Assembly: GCF_009914755.1 (NCBI RefSeq)
Contig: NC_060926.1
Reading direction: 5' to 3' (one strand)
Source: the human T2T-CHM13v2.0 reference genome, Homo sapiens
DNA length: 64,000 nucleotides
The notes under the pieces are model-generated. The model was not told where the DNA came from, made no database searches, and saw only the letters and a program-made list of their open reading frames with translations. Within the stretch, counting starts at the first letter, position 1. Each line of letters begins with the position of its first letter. The position numbers and the translations under genes are program-made. Below, in pieces: positions 39,211 to 54,096 of this stretch.

Positions 39211-40297
39211 CTGTTTGATCTTAGTAGCTATCAGTTTATCCATCCTAACTTCTCAGTCTTCTGGAATGTTGGTATATGCCATACCAATCACAATAGATAG
39301 CCCATGGCTACATGATCATGCTATTATGTTCCAATGGGCACGCATCATCTTCTTGAGTTAACTCTCTTAGGGCTTCTCTTTTCCAGTGTTACACAGAAAA
39401 TCTATTATATATAATTTAAATGATCGTTAACAGATGTGCATCACAATTCAGAGTTCAAAAGAGAACATGACATTCTCATTAAGCAAAAAGCGTATTTTCA
39501 GGCCATGCAATGTTTCTTGAGAAGCAATTAACATATCACACATTATTCCTGTGAGACAAAAACTGTTTCTTTCCCATCTTAATTTGCCTGCTTAAAAATA
39601 GACAGAAGAAGATAGATGAGTTTATGCTCAAGGTGTATGCATTTCCCTTGCGGCCCGTGAACACATTTCCTTTTCATATTTGCAGAATATTGGTACAATT
39701 ATTCTTTCATCAGACATGAAATTTGAGTGTATAACCAGTTTGTGGTTATCACCTACTAATTTATTAGGTTGATAACAGCAATTAAGCCACAATTGCTTCT
39801 GAGAAATATGAATTGACTTTCCGTTTTAAATGGATAATTTAGCATCTCAAACCACCGACATAGAGTTTAACTAATTTCTGGGATAAGAAGTTTGTTTCTC
39901 CTAGTATTAAACTTAAAAAAAATTCAACCATTGATCATCCAGTTACTAATTATTTAATTGTGGGATTATGTGGTTTGTGAAATTTCTTAATTTTTTTTTT
40001 TTTTTTGGCTGCATGCCTTTTGACTATTTATGGGTATCGTAAGGGAGAGGATTTTGGACAGAAATGTAACATATCAGTAGTAGGCCCATGGTTTATCCAC
40101 CGACTTAAAAATGTAAAAATTATTATTAGCTTTATAAGCTTAAGACCATATAAAAATGGGCAGCAGATCTATTTTGGTCCACAGACCATTGTTTGTTGAC
40201 CCTGGCTTAATCAAATCTTCAGAGGAGATTCTCAGAATTTACCAACCACAGGAGGTGGCTGTCTCAGCTGGTCTCCTGCCCATTGAAAGTAGAATTA

Positions 40298-40593
40298 GGC
40301 TGAGTGTGGTGGTTCATGCCCATAATCCCAGCACTTTGGGAGGCTGAGGGAGGTGGATCGCCTGAGTCTGGGAGGTCGAAACCAGCCTGGGCAATGTGGC
40401 AAAACGCTGTATCTACAAAAAATACAAACATTAGCCAGGTGTGGTGCCATGTGCCTGTAGTCCCAGCTGTTTGGGAGGCTGGAATAGAAGGATCACTTGA
40501 GCCTGGCAGGCAGAAATTGCAGTGAGCCAAAATCGTGCCACTGTACTCCAGCCTGAGCAACAGAGTATGAGACCCTGTCTCAAAAAAAAAAAA
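40298..40593 (+). mobile_element. AluJ SINE
   Basis: Full dimer with ggatcacttgagcc and gagaccctgtctc plus A tail. Degenerate TSD aaag(t/g)agaa(t/c)ta. Confidence 0.9.
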
Positions 40594-41983
40594 GGAGAAC
40601 TAACGTTTGTCATATGACAATAGGTTACTCATCCCCATTCCAATAATTCTGAATCTCAAGTACACTGAACCACATCAATTGCTACTGTAGACCTAAATGT
40701 ACATATCTAACTAAAAGGCCATCCACATATATTCATCTGCAAATATTAGGTTCACTGTAGTGACCTATTTTGCTCCAGAAGCCTTTTGGTAAAGGTTGGG
40801 AAAAGGATATTCTTGTTTTAGGAATCCTGACTCCACTAATCAGCAAATGTTTATCAAATACTTATGTATGAAACATTCAGCTGGGTGGAGCAGAAGATAC
40901 CGACCTATAAGGAAAGCATCCTAACTGGTGATCTGTTTCTCTCACACACACGTGTGTGCACACAGGCGCACTGCTGCCAGTGCATGGTAATATCAGACAA
41001 GAGCCAAAAGGGAAATTTGAATAAGTGAAAAGAAGCTTAATAATGGGAATTAAAGAGGAAAGTTTTGTACACAAGAGAGTTAAAGATCGTGTTTCCAGAG
41101 AAGGATCCACATACGCTGCCAAGAAGCATCAGAGAGGAAGGGGCTGAAACAGTCAGCAGAGAAGAATTAATAACACGGTTACACATGAAGCATACTGGGG
41201 TGGGGCAATGCAGAGACCACTTTGGCAGGAGCCGGGGGTTCATGAGGAGAGACGAAGTTTGAGAGGCAGAGACTTGCGCCGGATTGCTGAGAATCTTGAA
41301 GGCCAGGCATCTTAGTCATGAACTGAGTAGAGGTGAGATTATATTTTTTTTACACAATGCTTGCTGAAAATGACATCTCAATTCAAGGGCTGGATGAAAA
41401 TGCAACTCATTGCTTTATTCCCTTATGAATTTTGATATAACTCACAAAATTAATCTAATAGAAATGAAATTGGAGAATTACTAGGTAAGAGTCCAGCATC
41501 TGAAACTTGTCGGGTCCTAGATAATAACCTATTACAGGCCATGGGGAGCCGTTGAAGGTTTGGGGCCAGTGGGGTAGTGTGGTTAAGCAGGATTTTAAGA
41601 CTAGGCTGTTAGGAAAATATGCTTTACCGAGAAAAAAAAAAAGATAAATTTAAAGTCTCGATGAAGGAAATGGGAGATGATCATGACTTGAATAAGGGGG
41701 GAATATGGACTGACCATGGAAATATAAAGTATTACATTAAAAATAGCTATTTGAAATGATTTGATGTTTAATATCTATAACTCACTACATTTCATATATT
41801 GTTCAAATCTCTTTACTTATATTATTTAACTTTCTCAACAACACTGTTGTATAGGTACTGCTAAGATTCATTCCTGTTTTTCAAATGAGGAAGCTGAGAC
41901 GCTTTTAGCATTTAAGCAACCTACTCAGCTAGAAAGAATTACAACTAGAAGGAATTGGAGCCAGGTTTCTAATCCAAGCCATC

Positions 41984-42732
<749 letters not shown>

Positions 42733-45051
42733 GGTCTTAGATTATATTGATGCTTGATCTTTCAACATAGGTTCCCAAGAGAACACAGCTACAAGTGCAC
42801 GGGCCTTGGAGTCAGAAAGACTTCTCAAGTCTTCCACTGTGTGGCCTTCATCAAGTCACCTAACCTGACCGAGGAACGGTTCTTGCATTTATAAAGTGAA
42901 GATTTCTCATTAATTCTAATTTCTCATTAGGAGAATGAAGGGAGATTATGGATTCTTGTTTCCCTTCTACTTCCATTTTTCCTCCTTATAAGTGAGAGTG
43001 TTAGGTTTTGGAGGAAAATGAGAAGTACTTTCTCATACATCTGATATTTGAGGTGATGGCAGAACTCCCAACAGATCATGTCCAGTGTACAGCTGTAGTA
43101 AGGGCCAGCTTCTGAGAGGGTCGGGATTGGACATGGTACTTTGGTTCTCTTTCACAAGCAGGTGATAGTAGAGAGTAGTTGAGCCCTCTAAGAAAGAGTT
43201 GTTGAGAGGACTACTGAGAACAGGGAGCAGGGCCTTGAGATATACCAACTTACTGAGGTAGATCCAGGAAGAAGAACTGGGCAAGTGAAGGGAAGGAGGA
43301 GTATGAATAGAACCACAGCAAAGCAGGGTTTTGTAAAGCATAGGGGAGGCTTAACTTAGTCAGCGGGTGGTAAATTGTGTTCAAAACACACAGAGCTCAA
43401 AGAGGATGAATACTGAATAAAAACGATGGTCAAGAATGTAGAACGTTCCAGGAGACTAGAGATAACATGACTGTTTTTTTTTCAGGAAAAGAATAAAATC
43501 CATTTCCTTTGTTAAGCCCTCTAAAAATCTGATTTGATTAAGTGCATTTTGGATACTCACTTTCTAATCAATTCATAATATAAAGCTAAGGATTATTATC
43601 TTTGCCCTGCTTTACGTACTTAATTGTAAACTAGTATCCTTGTCGGAGCTAGAGAATGTGCTCCTGAAATGCCATAGCAACTCAGCAACACACAGAGATG
43701 ATGGGATTAGGGAAAATGAAGTTGGCATCCACTAGATTTCACAATCCAGTAGGAACAGCCCAGAGCTGAACTTCCTCGCCCAGTTTATTCATTTGCTTTG
43801 GTAAATCACTTTGTCTTTCTAAATATAAGCTTCTTCTCAAAAACGAAGCTAATGTGAGCTTAGGTAAATCTCTCTTAAAAAACACATTAAGTATCTAAGG
43901 ATAGAAAGTGCTGTTTAATTATTAAGTCATTATCTTTGTCATTTATTTCCAATTAAACTGAACTGTTTAATTACAAATAACATCTTAAGTAGATAAATGG
44001 CATAATTAGTTTATTTTTAACTATATGCCTGCGAAGCAAAAGTTATTTATAAAATACTTTGCAATTTAAAAATTAAGGCAAATCTAAAATGGTGGTTAGA
44101 ATTTTTCTGTAGCTTAATAAAAAATACATGATTAAAACTCAAGGTCCTTGGTATCTTTCATTCCTAGTGCTACCCCAATTACGTCAAGAGAAACTTTTCA
44201 TGTAAAGATAGAAAGATTCACCCTGGGAAAGCTTGGCACAGAATGAAAAAGATGAAAATGTATCTGTATTAATTATTGATACACTACAGGGAGAGTAAGT
44301 GTTTAAAACCAAACAAATAACATTCTTTTGATTTAGACACCTCGGTTAATTTATTTAAATGATCTTGATTTATGCTTTTATCTCAGAGTCCAGTCTTTAA
44401 AATAAGTATTTAAAGCATTCAGAGCCAGAATTATGATCATGCCTCATTGTCTATAGGTGTCTTTCATTCTCAATTTTCAGTGCTGTAAAATTCCAATTTT
44501 ATTTCCCTGTTTATAGGCATTTTAATGGGAAACTGGGAGAGGCTGCCTCAGGGGTTACTAGTCAAGTATTTTAAGCTGGATAGCAAACTTTTTTCTTTGT
44601 TTTAAGAAGGATTCCATAGTGAAGAGTTAATCAGTAGGTATTGCTGGACTTGTTTATGTTGTTTTGTTTGGTTTGGGATTGTATCAGTGCATCAAAATAA
44701 CATAATGAATAAAATAAAATGCTTTAACAAATTTTGATCCCACTAAAGCTTTCTGTGACCTAGACACTTGGTAATGGGTCAACACAGCATGAAGTCCTAA
44801 GCTAAACCAAAGCTAACATTTCTATAGTCATGCTCAGTCACTGTCATATTTCACCTGACCTATGGCATCGGTACCTGCGACTACATGGCTTTGCCCCCTC
44901 TTCGTTATGTGGAAAGAAACAGAATCTTGAATTTAATGCTTGGGAGGAAGAAGGAAGGAAGCTCTGTGGTATCCGTGAAATATAAAACTTACCCAGTTAT
45001 ACCCCAAGACAAGGCAAACCACAAAATTTAAATATTAAAAGGTAAATAGAA

Positions 45052-45274
45052 GAGCCAATAATAATTCATAATACATTTAAAAATAACTAAAAGAGTATAA
45101 TGGGAATGTTTGTAACACAGAGAAACGATAAATGCTTGAGGTGATGGACACCTCATTTACCCTGATGTGATTATTACACATTGTATGCCTGTCTCAAAAT
45201 ATCCTGTGTACCCCATAAATAGATACACGTACTATGTAGCCTTAAAGACTAAAAATTTAAAAATATAAATTTTT
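45052..45274 (+). mobile_element. 5'-truncated L1MA 3' end
   Basis: gataaatgcttgaggtgatggacacc...ccctgatgtgattattacacattgtatgcctg. Imperfect 16-bp TSD taaaaggtaaatagaa / taaagggtacatagaa. Confidence 0.85.
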
Positions 45275-46817
45275 TAAAGGGTACATAGAATGGGGATGAT
45301 GATTAAGTTACAAAAGACAGAAAGTGAAGACATGGGTACATTGTAGCACATTGCTGGGAAAAGCTCAGAATAATTAATGGAGAAATATACCTACATTTAA
45401 ACATGCATTGTCATTTAGGTTTTCTGGTTTTCATTGCTTTAATTGCCCCATATCAGAAGGACATATTCCTTTGAAAGAATGACTTTGACTAATGTTAACT
45501 TTCTCTTTCAGTTTTTTTTTTTTTTAAGATTTAAAAGATAAAAGTGAATGACTGCATAGAGGCATGTTGACATTTATTCTTTCTTCTGCTTGCTTGATTC
45601 AAAATAGTCATGCTGGACAGCAGGTGGTAAGTGCCTGGTGTTTATGAGGCAGAACAGCAATTTACTATTTTCCTTACTTGTTGCCTTGAACTATGAAGGT
45701 AGTAAAAATCCAGGACACATTTGTCTTACAGAATTGTCACAATCAACAAAGAAAATCACAGAATCACAGGACTTTTTCATACCACTAGCATTTGCATTTT
45801 CCATGCTGATTAGCTTAGATTTTGGAAAAAAACTTATGAAAATCAGCCACACTTTATATTATCAAATTGCTTTCTTTGTTGTCTTTCTTGGCATTTTGAA
45901 AATTCTGTGTACGTTTCAGATGACTAAGTAGTTCACTTAAAGGTTTAACCAATGTTGAAAGCCAGAAAGTGTAAAGATGAGTAAGATTTTCTTCCTACTC
46001 TTTAACAAGCTGTTTCTTGGCTAGTAAAGACCATTGTCAGCTGTGCACTAAAAGTCTTTGAAACATAATCTGTGAGTAAAACCATTGAATTAGTGTTCTA
46101 TGTGTGCTAGAGCTTTCCTACTGACTTAACTGTAATTAAAAACATTACTTTATGCTCCAGGTCTTGTCAGGTATGCCCATCTTTCTCAATTACAGCTGAG
46201 TACAATTAGATACAAACTCAGCTTTAAGACGGTTAACTCCTAGCCAAAGAAAGACTGAGCAATATTTGTATTTACCTTCTTGGTAGAAGAAATATATTGT
46301 AATACCTACTGACCAGTTTGAAACAGAGGTGAGGATTAAAATTAGGAGAAAGTAGCATTTTAGAGGTTTTATTCCTGGTGATTATTTGCTGTTTTTGATC
46401 CCCTCTTGAAGTATGAAAGAATAATATGCTACTGTGCTACTGTGACTTTAGTTTTTGAAATGGGGAAATGGCTGTTGCATTGATTCCCTCACGATGATTA
46501 GCATCGTGCATGCAGAAAGGATACATGAGGTAAACAATTAGTGCAGTGGCTAAGAGCATAGACGCCAGAGCTAGAGGGCACGCATCCCAATTCCAGCCCT
46601 GCTCTTTGCCCTGAGGTCATGCCTGCACAATAATTCATCTCTCTGAACACATTTCTTGCTACATCTACTTGACATCTAGGTGTGTTTTTTTGCTTTGCAT
46701 TTCTTGTTATTGGATATTAGGTCTTCCTATTGGGTATTCCTTGTTTATATGAAGGCGATAGATTTTGCATATTAATACAGGTGCCCATACCACTACCCGA
46801 CGTTCATATACTTATAA

Positions 46818-47426
<609 letters not shown>

Positions 47427-47859
47427 CATTATTGGTGTTGTTAGTGTTAGAGGTCTAGGTTTTATCTTTGTCTCCTTCTCCCTCATTGTCATAGCCTATA
47501 TATTTTCAAATCCTGCCAGATTGACATTCTACATTTTTCTTAAATTCATTACCTTCTCTTTATCCATATAGACACAATCCTGATTTGTAGTTTCCTCACC
47601 TCTCTTTTGGGCTCTGAAGGCTTGATGCTGTCCTGCCTTCTGCTTGCAGTCCTGCCAAAGCTAACTTCCTTAGCTGCAATAAGAAACTGTCTAAACCCAA
47701 ACAGGATTATGTCACTCCTTTGCTTTAAGATCTCTGATGATTCATCATTGCCTAAAGGGGTGTTCTCAAATTGAAAACTTTGTAACATGGCAGAGAAGTC
47801 GCTTCAGAACCTGGTTCTTTCTCTCTCTCCAACTGCATCTCCCATTCCTATTTATGTCC

Positions 47860-48290
47860 ATTCAGGCCCTTGAGGAAGCAAGGTAGATGGGATTTTATGT
47901 ATAAGAAGGAATTGCCTGTGAAGGATAAAATAGGAGTGACTGGGCTTTTGTGGAGCTTTTAGACTGCTATGGGGACAAACACCTTTGAAAGGAGAGCAGG
48001 AAAGAAAGTGGATTGAGTAGGAAGAGGCTCAGCACTGTTCCCAGCAAGTCCCAGTCAGGCCAGTGGGGAGCCCGGATCAGGAGCTGAAGCTGGTCATTGG
48101 AGGAGTCCCTGTTGGGCAGGAGCATGCGCCTGTGCTCAGTGATTGACTGGCGCTGCCTGGGGTCAAGTGCAGCCTACACATGAGACTGCAGTAGAACTAC
48201 AGGTGCAGCAGATGGAGATGGTCAGTTAACTATGCCCCCCAGCAGTTTAACTCAGAGGAGAGTGGCTTGGGGCCCCTCTATGGCACCGTA
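47860..48290. mobile_element. ERVL LTR remnant (LTR16/LTR33-type) within an L2
   Basis: GC-rich block (gcctgtgaaggataaa...ctgtgctcagtgattgactgg) flanked by L2-like sequence. Confidence 0.45.
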
Positions 48291-49905
48291 CATGTGACCA
48301 GCTTCAGTTGATCTCTTGTAATATTTTTCATATAATATGCCATCTCTCACCTCCTAGCCCATCTGCATTGCCCCTTCCTGCTCCTAACTTTGCTTGGCCA
48401 ACCGCTTTTCACTCTTTAAGTCTCAGCTGAGGGGTAAACTCTTCTGGAAGTATTTTTTTACTTTCTACCTCTCAACTGTGCAAATTGCCATCATTCAGTC
48501 ATTCCATAACATCATTAGCCATTTCTCCATTACAATTGGTTGTACATATTTTTGTGCTTGATTAGAGAGTCAACCTCTTGAAGAAAGGATTATTTAATAT
48601 GTGCTCTTAGACTCCTACAGTAACTGGCACTCATTTGTTGAATGAATGATTATACTCTCAGTTATCTATTGGGAGGGTTAGGTGACTCAGATAGCATAAA
48701 AAGGACAGCATGACAGATAATACTTAAGTATTATATTTAATTTAAAAGAATTAAATTTTCGTTTTAAAGTAATATACTTTATAATTGTAATTATGACATA
48801 TTAGACTCATTTCACCTAAATGTGGACAATCTTATACAGTTGAAGGAACACTGGGCTTGAAATCAAAAGACCTGTGCTCAAATCCTGGTGACCTTATTTG
48901 TGAGCTGAATGACCATGGGACAACATCTCTGGCATCATTTCCCTATTCAATAAGATGGGAAGATAGGGATCTCAAAGACACTGCATTTTGAACCCATCAA
49001 ACCATTTGTAATACATCCAAATACTTGCTTTGATGGAGGTCTGTCTGTTTTCTCCTCTTATGTCAGAGCTTGCATCAAGCCAGCTCGGTGTCTCATTGTA
49101 TACTGAAATTTTAGATCACATAGCTTTTTGTGGAGACAATGAATGATAAGAGCAATTTAAAAGTAGTGCTGTTACAACAATTGTGTGTGTGGTGAGTGCT
49201 GGTAAATGTATTATTCTGGGAAGTAGTTTCGAACTACATAGTCTGCTAAATTATTTTAGGTTAAAATTTGTATAGAGCGCCACATGAGAGCAAATGGGAG
49301 ATCAATTATGTGAGACTAGAGAGACTGTTATAGCACCGACTTGAAGGCAGAATAGGATTCTAGTCTTGTTGGCTTGGGGGTGAATTATTGTGGCTGTTAT
49401 CTTTATGTCCATGCATTCCAATTGCCACTCCATAAACTGTAAGAATGAAAACAATAATTTTTTAAAGTAGAGATGTTAATAAAAATAAGTAAAACTCATA
49501 AAGCACAAAATAGTATGCAAAGCAAATAAGCAAATAAGAAAATAGACATGATAAACATAGATTAACTTAAAACATAAGAAAAAGATAAAATAAGAAATGC
49601 AGGCCCTCTATCTGTAAATGAACTAAAATGACAATGTAAGATGGAACTAAAAGGTCAAAAAGATAAAATGACTAAATGAGCTTTAAGAATGCCGACAGGA
49701 GATGGGGATATTTACAATGTAAAAGAATGAACTAAAATAAGTCTGTAAAGTTGTAAACAGCATAAGAGCCGGTCACAGGAGCATACTTTTGCTGCGAAGG
49801 GAGAGACAGGAAGGCTTCTCCTCATCCTTTCACTCTTTGGTGTTGGTGTGCTGCCCTCTTAAAGTATTCTTCTGTGACCAGGGAGGGGAATCTGGCTCCT
49901 GGATG

Positions 49906-49948
49906 TTGATGATGATGATGATGATGGTGATGATGGTGGTGGTGGTGA
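49906..49948. repeat. (GAT)n/(GGT)n trinucleotide repeat
   Basis: Seen directly. Confidence 0.9.
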
Positions 49949-49952
49949 TTTG

Positions 49953-49980
49953 GTGCCCCTTCCTGCTAGCAGAGGGCAGC
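49953..49980 (+). promoter_or_regulatory. Candidate CTCF motif with partial upstream module
   Basis: GTGCC-N5-CTGCTAGCAGAGGGCAGC versus GTKCC-N5-YNRCCASYAGRKGGCRS. Motif match only. Confidence 0.35.
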
Positions 49981-50349
49981 CACTCAGAGAGGTGAGGACA
50001 GGCAGAGCTGGTATGGAGAACTGAGGCCTGTTAGAGCCCTGTGTTCATGGCTGTTTGCTGATCTGAATGTCCCTGAAGTGTGTTAGGATAGATGGCTTAC
50101 CTGGGTGTTTCTTAGTTTTTTAATTACTTTCAAATTATACAATGGCAAATACTCCTCCTTCTTTTCACTTTTTCATTCTCTGTATATTTCTTGCTCAGGA
50201 TGGATTCATTTCCAGGGGTTGGTTTTTTATTTGTAGGAACTATAGATACAGCCTTTTCCTCTAGCTCTTGAGCCTCTGGTTTCATTTCTGTTTTTTCCTT
50301 ATTTTCTCGCTTGTTGGAGCCTGTTGGAAACCTGGCCAATTCTCTAAAA

Positions 50350-50675
50350 ACAGACAGAGACAGACACATACAACTACATACACACAAATAAGCCACAGCC
50401 CCTTCCATACACATGCCCGTGTGCATATACACACACGTACACATACATGCATCCACTCCACCCATGCATACATACTGTACCGACCCATTCATAGATTCAT
50501 AAACACACACACAAATAGCACATATCTTGCCCCATACACACATACACACACAGCTCCACATACACACAACCAGTGCCCATCTCATCCGGGATACACACAC
50601 ACACACACACAGACACACACCCACATGCAATCAGTACCTCTTCCCATGCACATGTGCATGCACACACTTACACAG
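50350..50675. repeat. Degenerate (CA)/(CATA)-rich low-complexity tract
   Basis: About 320 nt of interrupted CA repeats, which explain several spurious H/T- and V/C-rich ORFs. Confidence 0.9.
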
Positions 50676-53600
50676 GCCCACGTGCACTGGCCTTTTTTCT
50701 TTGTGCCTTTTGTCTCCCGAGCGGCTTCTCCCTGCTGCTTTTCACATCCATCATTGCAATGCTCCCCATCTGTACTGCAGATACAGATCTGAATATTGTA
50801 AAATTATTGTTTCTTTTCCAGGGAGATTTTTTAAAAAGCTTTTCCACTGTGATCTGTAAATAATGAATAATTCCATTAGAAATGTGATGGATAGTGTAAC
50901 TTTTATGCAGAGTTTGTCAAGCTCAATGTTTCAGGCTTTTACTTTCACAACAGCCCCAGGCCATGGCAGGTAGGAAACTCAATTGGCTGACACTCCAAAG
51001 TCTCTCTTGTCACATTTCCCAAAGTGTGTTCCTTGGGTTCTCATAGATAATTCATGCGTTTTAAAAGCAGCACTTTCCATGCTCGAATAGATTTGGGAAA
51101 CGCTACAGTGAACTGACTCCTTTAGTGCAGAGCTCCCCAAAGCATTTCATATGATAATTTGCTGTAGGTCATGCGGTATTTCCAAAACATATTTGGCCAG
51201 GGAACCTTATTTTTTCATCAAAACATTATATCTCTAAGCTCAGTGTTCCATGGAAAATAATTTAGGAAATAGTATTCTAATGACACTAGTACATTCTCTC
51301 TACTGCAGAGAAACTGTTTTACAATTGTCCTTACTGAAGAGTTCAAATTTACCTCCCCATATTTCCATCACATTTGCAGTTCTTGACACGTTTAGTCCTA
51401 AAGTACAATAAATACCTGTTCTAAAGCCAGTATATGATTCTGAAGAGTCTCCTGAAATCTTAAAGCAGAACATATGGTTTTCATTATGTTTTATGTTAAT
51501 ATGGTTTTCTATAAAATAGGTCTTTGAAAATCAGTAATCTTTATAAGTAAGATAGTCTAATTATATTTTTACCAGGTATTTCTTCAATTAGAATATTATT
51601 TCTTAACGTATATTATATGGATTATATATATATACACACACACACACACATACATATATACATATGTTCATCATAAATGCATCAGCAGAAAGGCAGTAGA
51701 AAGCGAGAGAGAGTATGTGAGAGAAAGAGAGATGGTTCCAATGGATGCCCCTGGAAAGAGACATTGCAGACACAACACTAGTACGTATAGCAGGAATATC
51801 TGTGCTCCCCTCTCAGCTTTCCTTTGGGACTTTCACCTGTAATAATGAACCCTATAGGGCCATCCACTGTATTGCAGCCTCCACATGATTTTTTGACGCT
51901 CAACAGCTGTGCCTAAAACCAAGGCACAAAGGACAAAACCCAAATAGCACATTTTGGGTAAAGTAAACATCCCTTTTTCATCCGTTTTCTAAGATATAAG
52001 AGAGTACAAATGTAAGAATGATCATCTTGCCAAAGCTGGCACAGAATAGCTGTCTTATCTGCAAGATTTCATGCACTGCTTTCTAAACTGAAAAGAGGCT
52101 TTGACCAATTAGTGATTTTCTAAAAAATCCAAGATTCCAGTGGACTTCAGACATGGTCTGTGTTTGGTGTATACCTGTTCCTTTCTAAGTCCCAACCTAC
52201 CTACACTCATTCCTTAAGACTTCAACATTCTTGTGCCCAAAGGTTCTATCTCTCTGCTCTGGAGATTTGCATTTTAACAGGAATCAGAGAATTGGAGCCC
52301 AGATATTCTGCACACAACCTGAACAAACACCCTAGGATGCTTTGGAGGGTTACAACAAACTTTCCCAGAGCATACAGCTGGACTTCACTTTGTAATAACT
52401 TAAGCAGTTATTGTATATACTACATCAGCATAAAAAATCCATAAAAGCATCTTTTATCTCCCCTTCTTTTTAGCATTAAGTACAGTAGTAGGCATATAGT
52501 AGGTCTTCGGCAGGTGCAGATTAGCAATAGAATAACTACCTATTCTCATTTATGTTTCGTATTGTATTTGTAAATATGGTAAATTGTTCTTTTCTTACAA
52601 CTCTTTAAATTTGGTGAATATATAAGGAATAAGGAACGTCAAAAGAAGCAGTAACAGAGTGGCAATTGCACCATAGTATTCTACAGTTGGAAGACCATTT
52701 GCCCCATCATTGCCACTCTGGTTCTTGGACCTCTGAGAGTGCACCCCCAATGAAGCACACCATTTCCTGCAGCAGGTCATTCTACCTTATCATTGTGGAA
52801 TGAACTTCTTTGCTTCAGGCAGAAAAGGCTCCCCAAAGGAAACCAGCCTTTGGTCAATGTCACCTTTGCTTCTAGACTTCACACAGTTAATGATCACATA
52901 CCATCACGCTCTACCCTCCTCATTTGCTGGGAGTTTTCCAAGTTCTGTTTCTATCTTTCTGACTACCCTTTCTGTCTTCCTTTTTGATTCTGGTCCTTCT
53001 GTATAGGGGTCTTCTCTGGCCTGCTCTTCTGGCTCTATTCACTTTACTAGTATGTAATTCACTAGTTTATGTCCAAATACCCCTGACATTTACCAGATCC
53101 CTATAAAGACTGTTATAGCTCCTGAATTTTGGACGCATATTTCCATCTACCTCGGGGCATCTCTGCCCACATGTTTCCAGGCTCCTAAAACTTGGCTGGG
53201 GAAATGCTAAGCTCATGTTCTATGTGACGCCTTCCTTTTAGGAAATATCACTATTTTCCTCTTATATAGGCTCCTTCCAAACAGGTAAATACCTTTATAA
53301 GGATACTGTCAGTTATTTGTGACAAGTCTCATACACACATTAGGAATCCTTTTCTAGAACACTAGCATAAATTAACCTGTACTGAATATGCCTGTTGGGT
53401 GTTATGTGCCCAAGTTTCAAAAGGCATCCTGCCATGGGAATATCTGCTTCTCATGAGGAGGATTAACGTGTGTGTATACAAGCCACAGCTAATGCATAAT
53501 TAAGATGTTGATTATTTATCATGTTTTAGCTCTAAAATCTTTATATAATTCCCCAAAGCATTACACTGAAATGTTCTTTCCTTAAAGGCTACGTATTTTA

Positions 53601-53892
53601 AAAATGCCAAAAAAGTGTCCTAATCTTATTTGAAAGCTCTTCCGTTGAGATAGCCTTTGCCAAGAACATATTCTTCAAATAAGATGTGCTCTTTTAGCTG
53701 AAGATTACATTTAGGACAAAATATCTAGAAAAAGTTAATACTTTGTCAAGGCAACTTTAGAATTTGAGTAACCAGTTTCTCCTCCTTGGGGACTCCTGTT
53801 CTTGCCTCAGATATTTCTGGTTTCAAAACAGGGTGCCAAGGCAGACCTCTCTTCTCTGCTGATTTTTGTGTGTGTGTGTGTGATACTTTCAG

Positions 53893-54096
53893 AATAAGAT
53901 TATCCTGGACCCCATGACGTTCAGCGAGGCCAGGTTCCGGCCGTCCCTGGAGGAGAGGCTGGAGAGCATCATCAGCGGCGCAGCGCTGATGGCCGACTCC
54001 TCCTGCACGCGAGACGACCGGCGCGAGAGGATCGTGGCGGAGTGCAACGCCGTGCGGCAGGCGCTCCAGGACCTGCTCAGCGAGTACATGAATAAT
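53893..54096 (+). CDS. CTNNA2: Alpha-N-catenin coding exon (exon 7, 204 nt, phase 0-0)
   Basis: Acceptor tactttcag| and donor AAT|gtaagt. Translates NKIILDPMTFSEARFRPSLEERLESIISGAALMADSSCTRDDRRERIVAECNAVRQALQDLLSEYMNN (start of the M domain). Confidence 0.97.

Noticed and set aside
50130-50863. Overlapping 70-170 aa ORFs on both strands
   Set aside because: Produced by stop-poor CA/TG low-complexity sequence.
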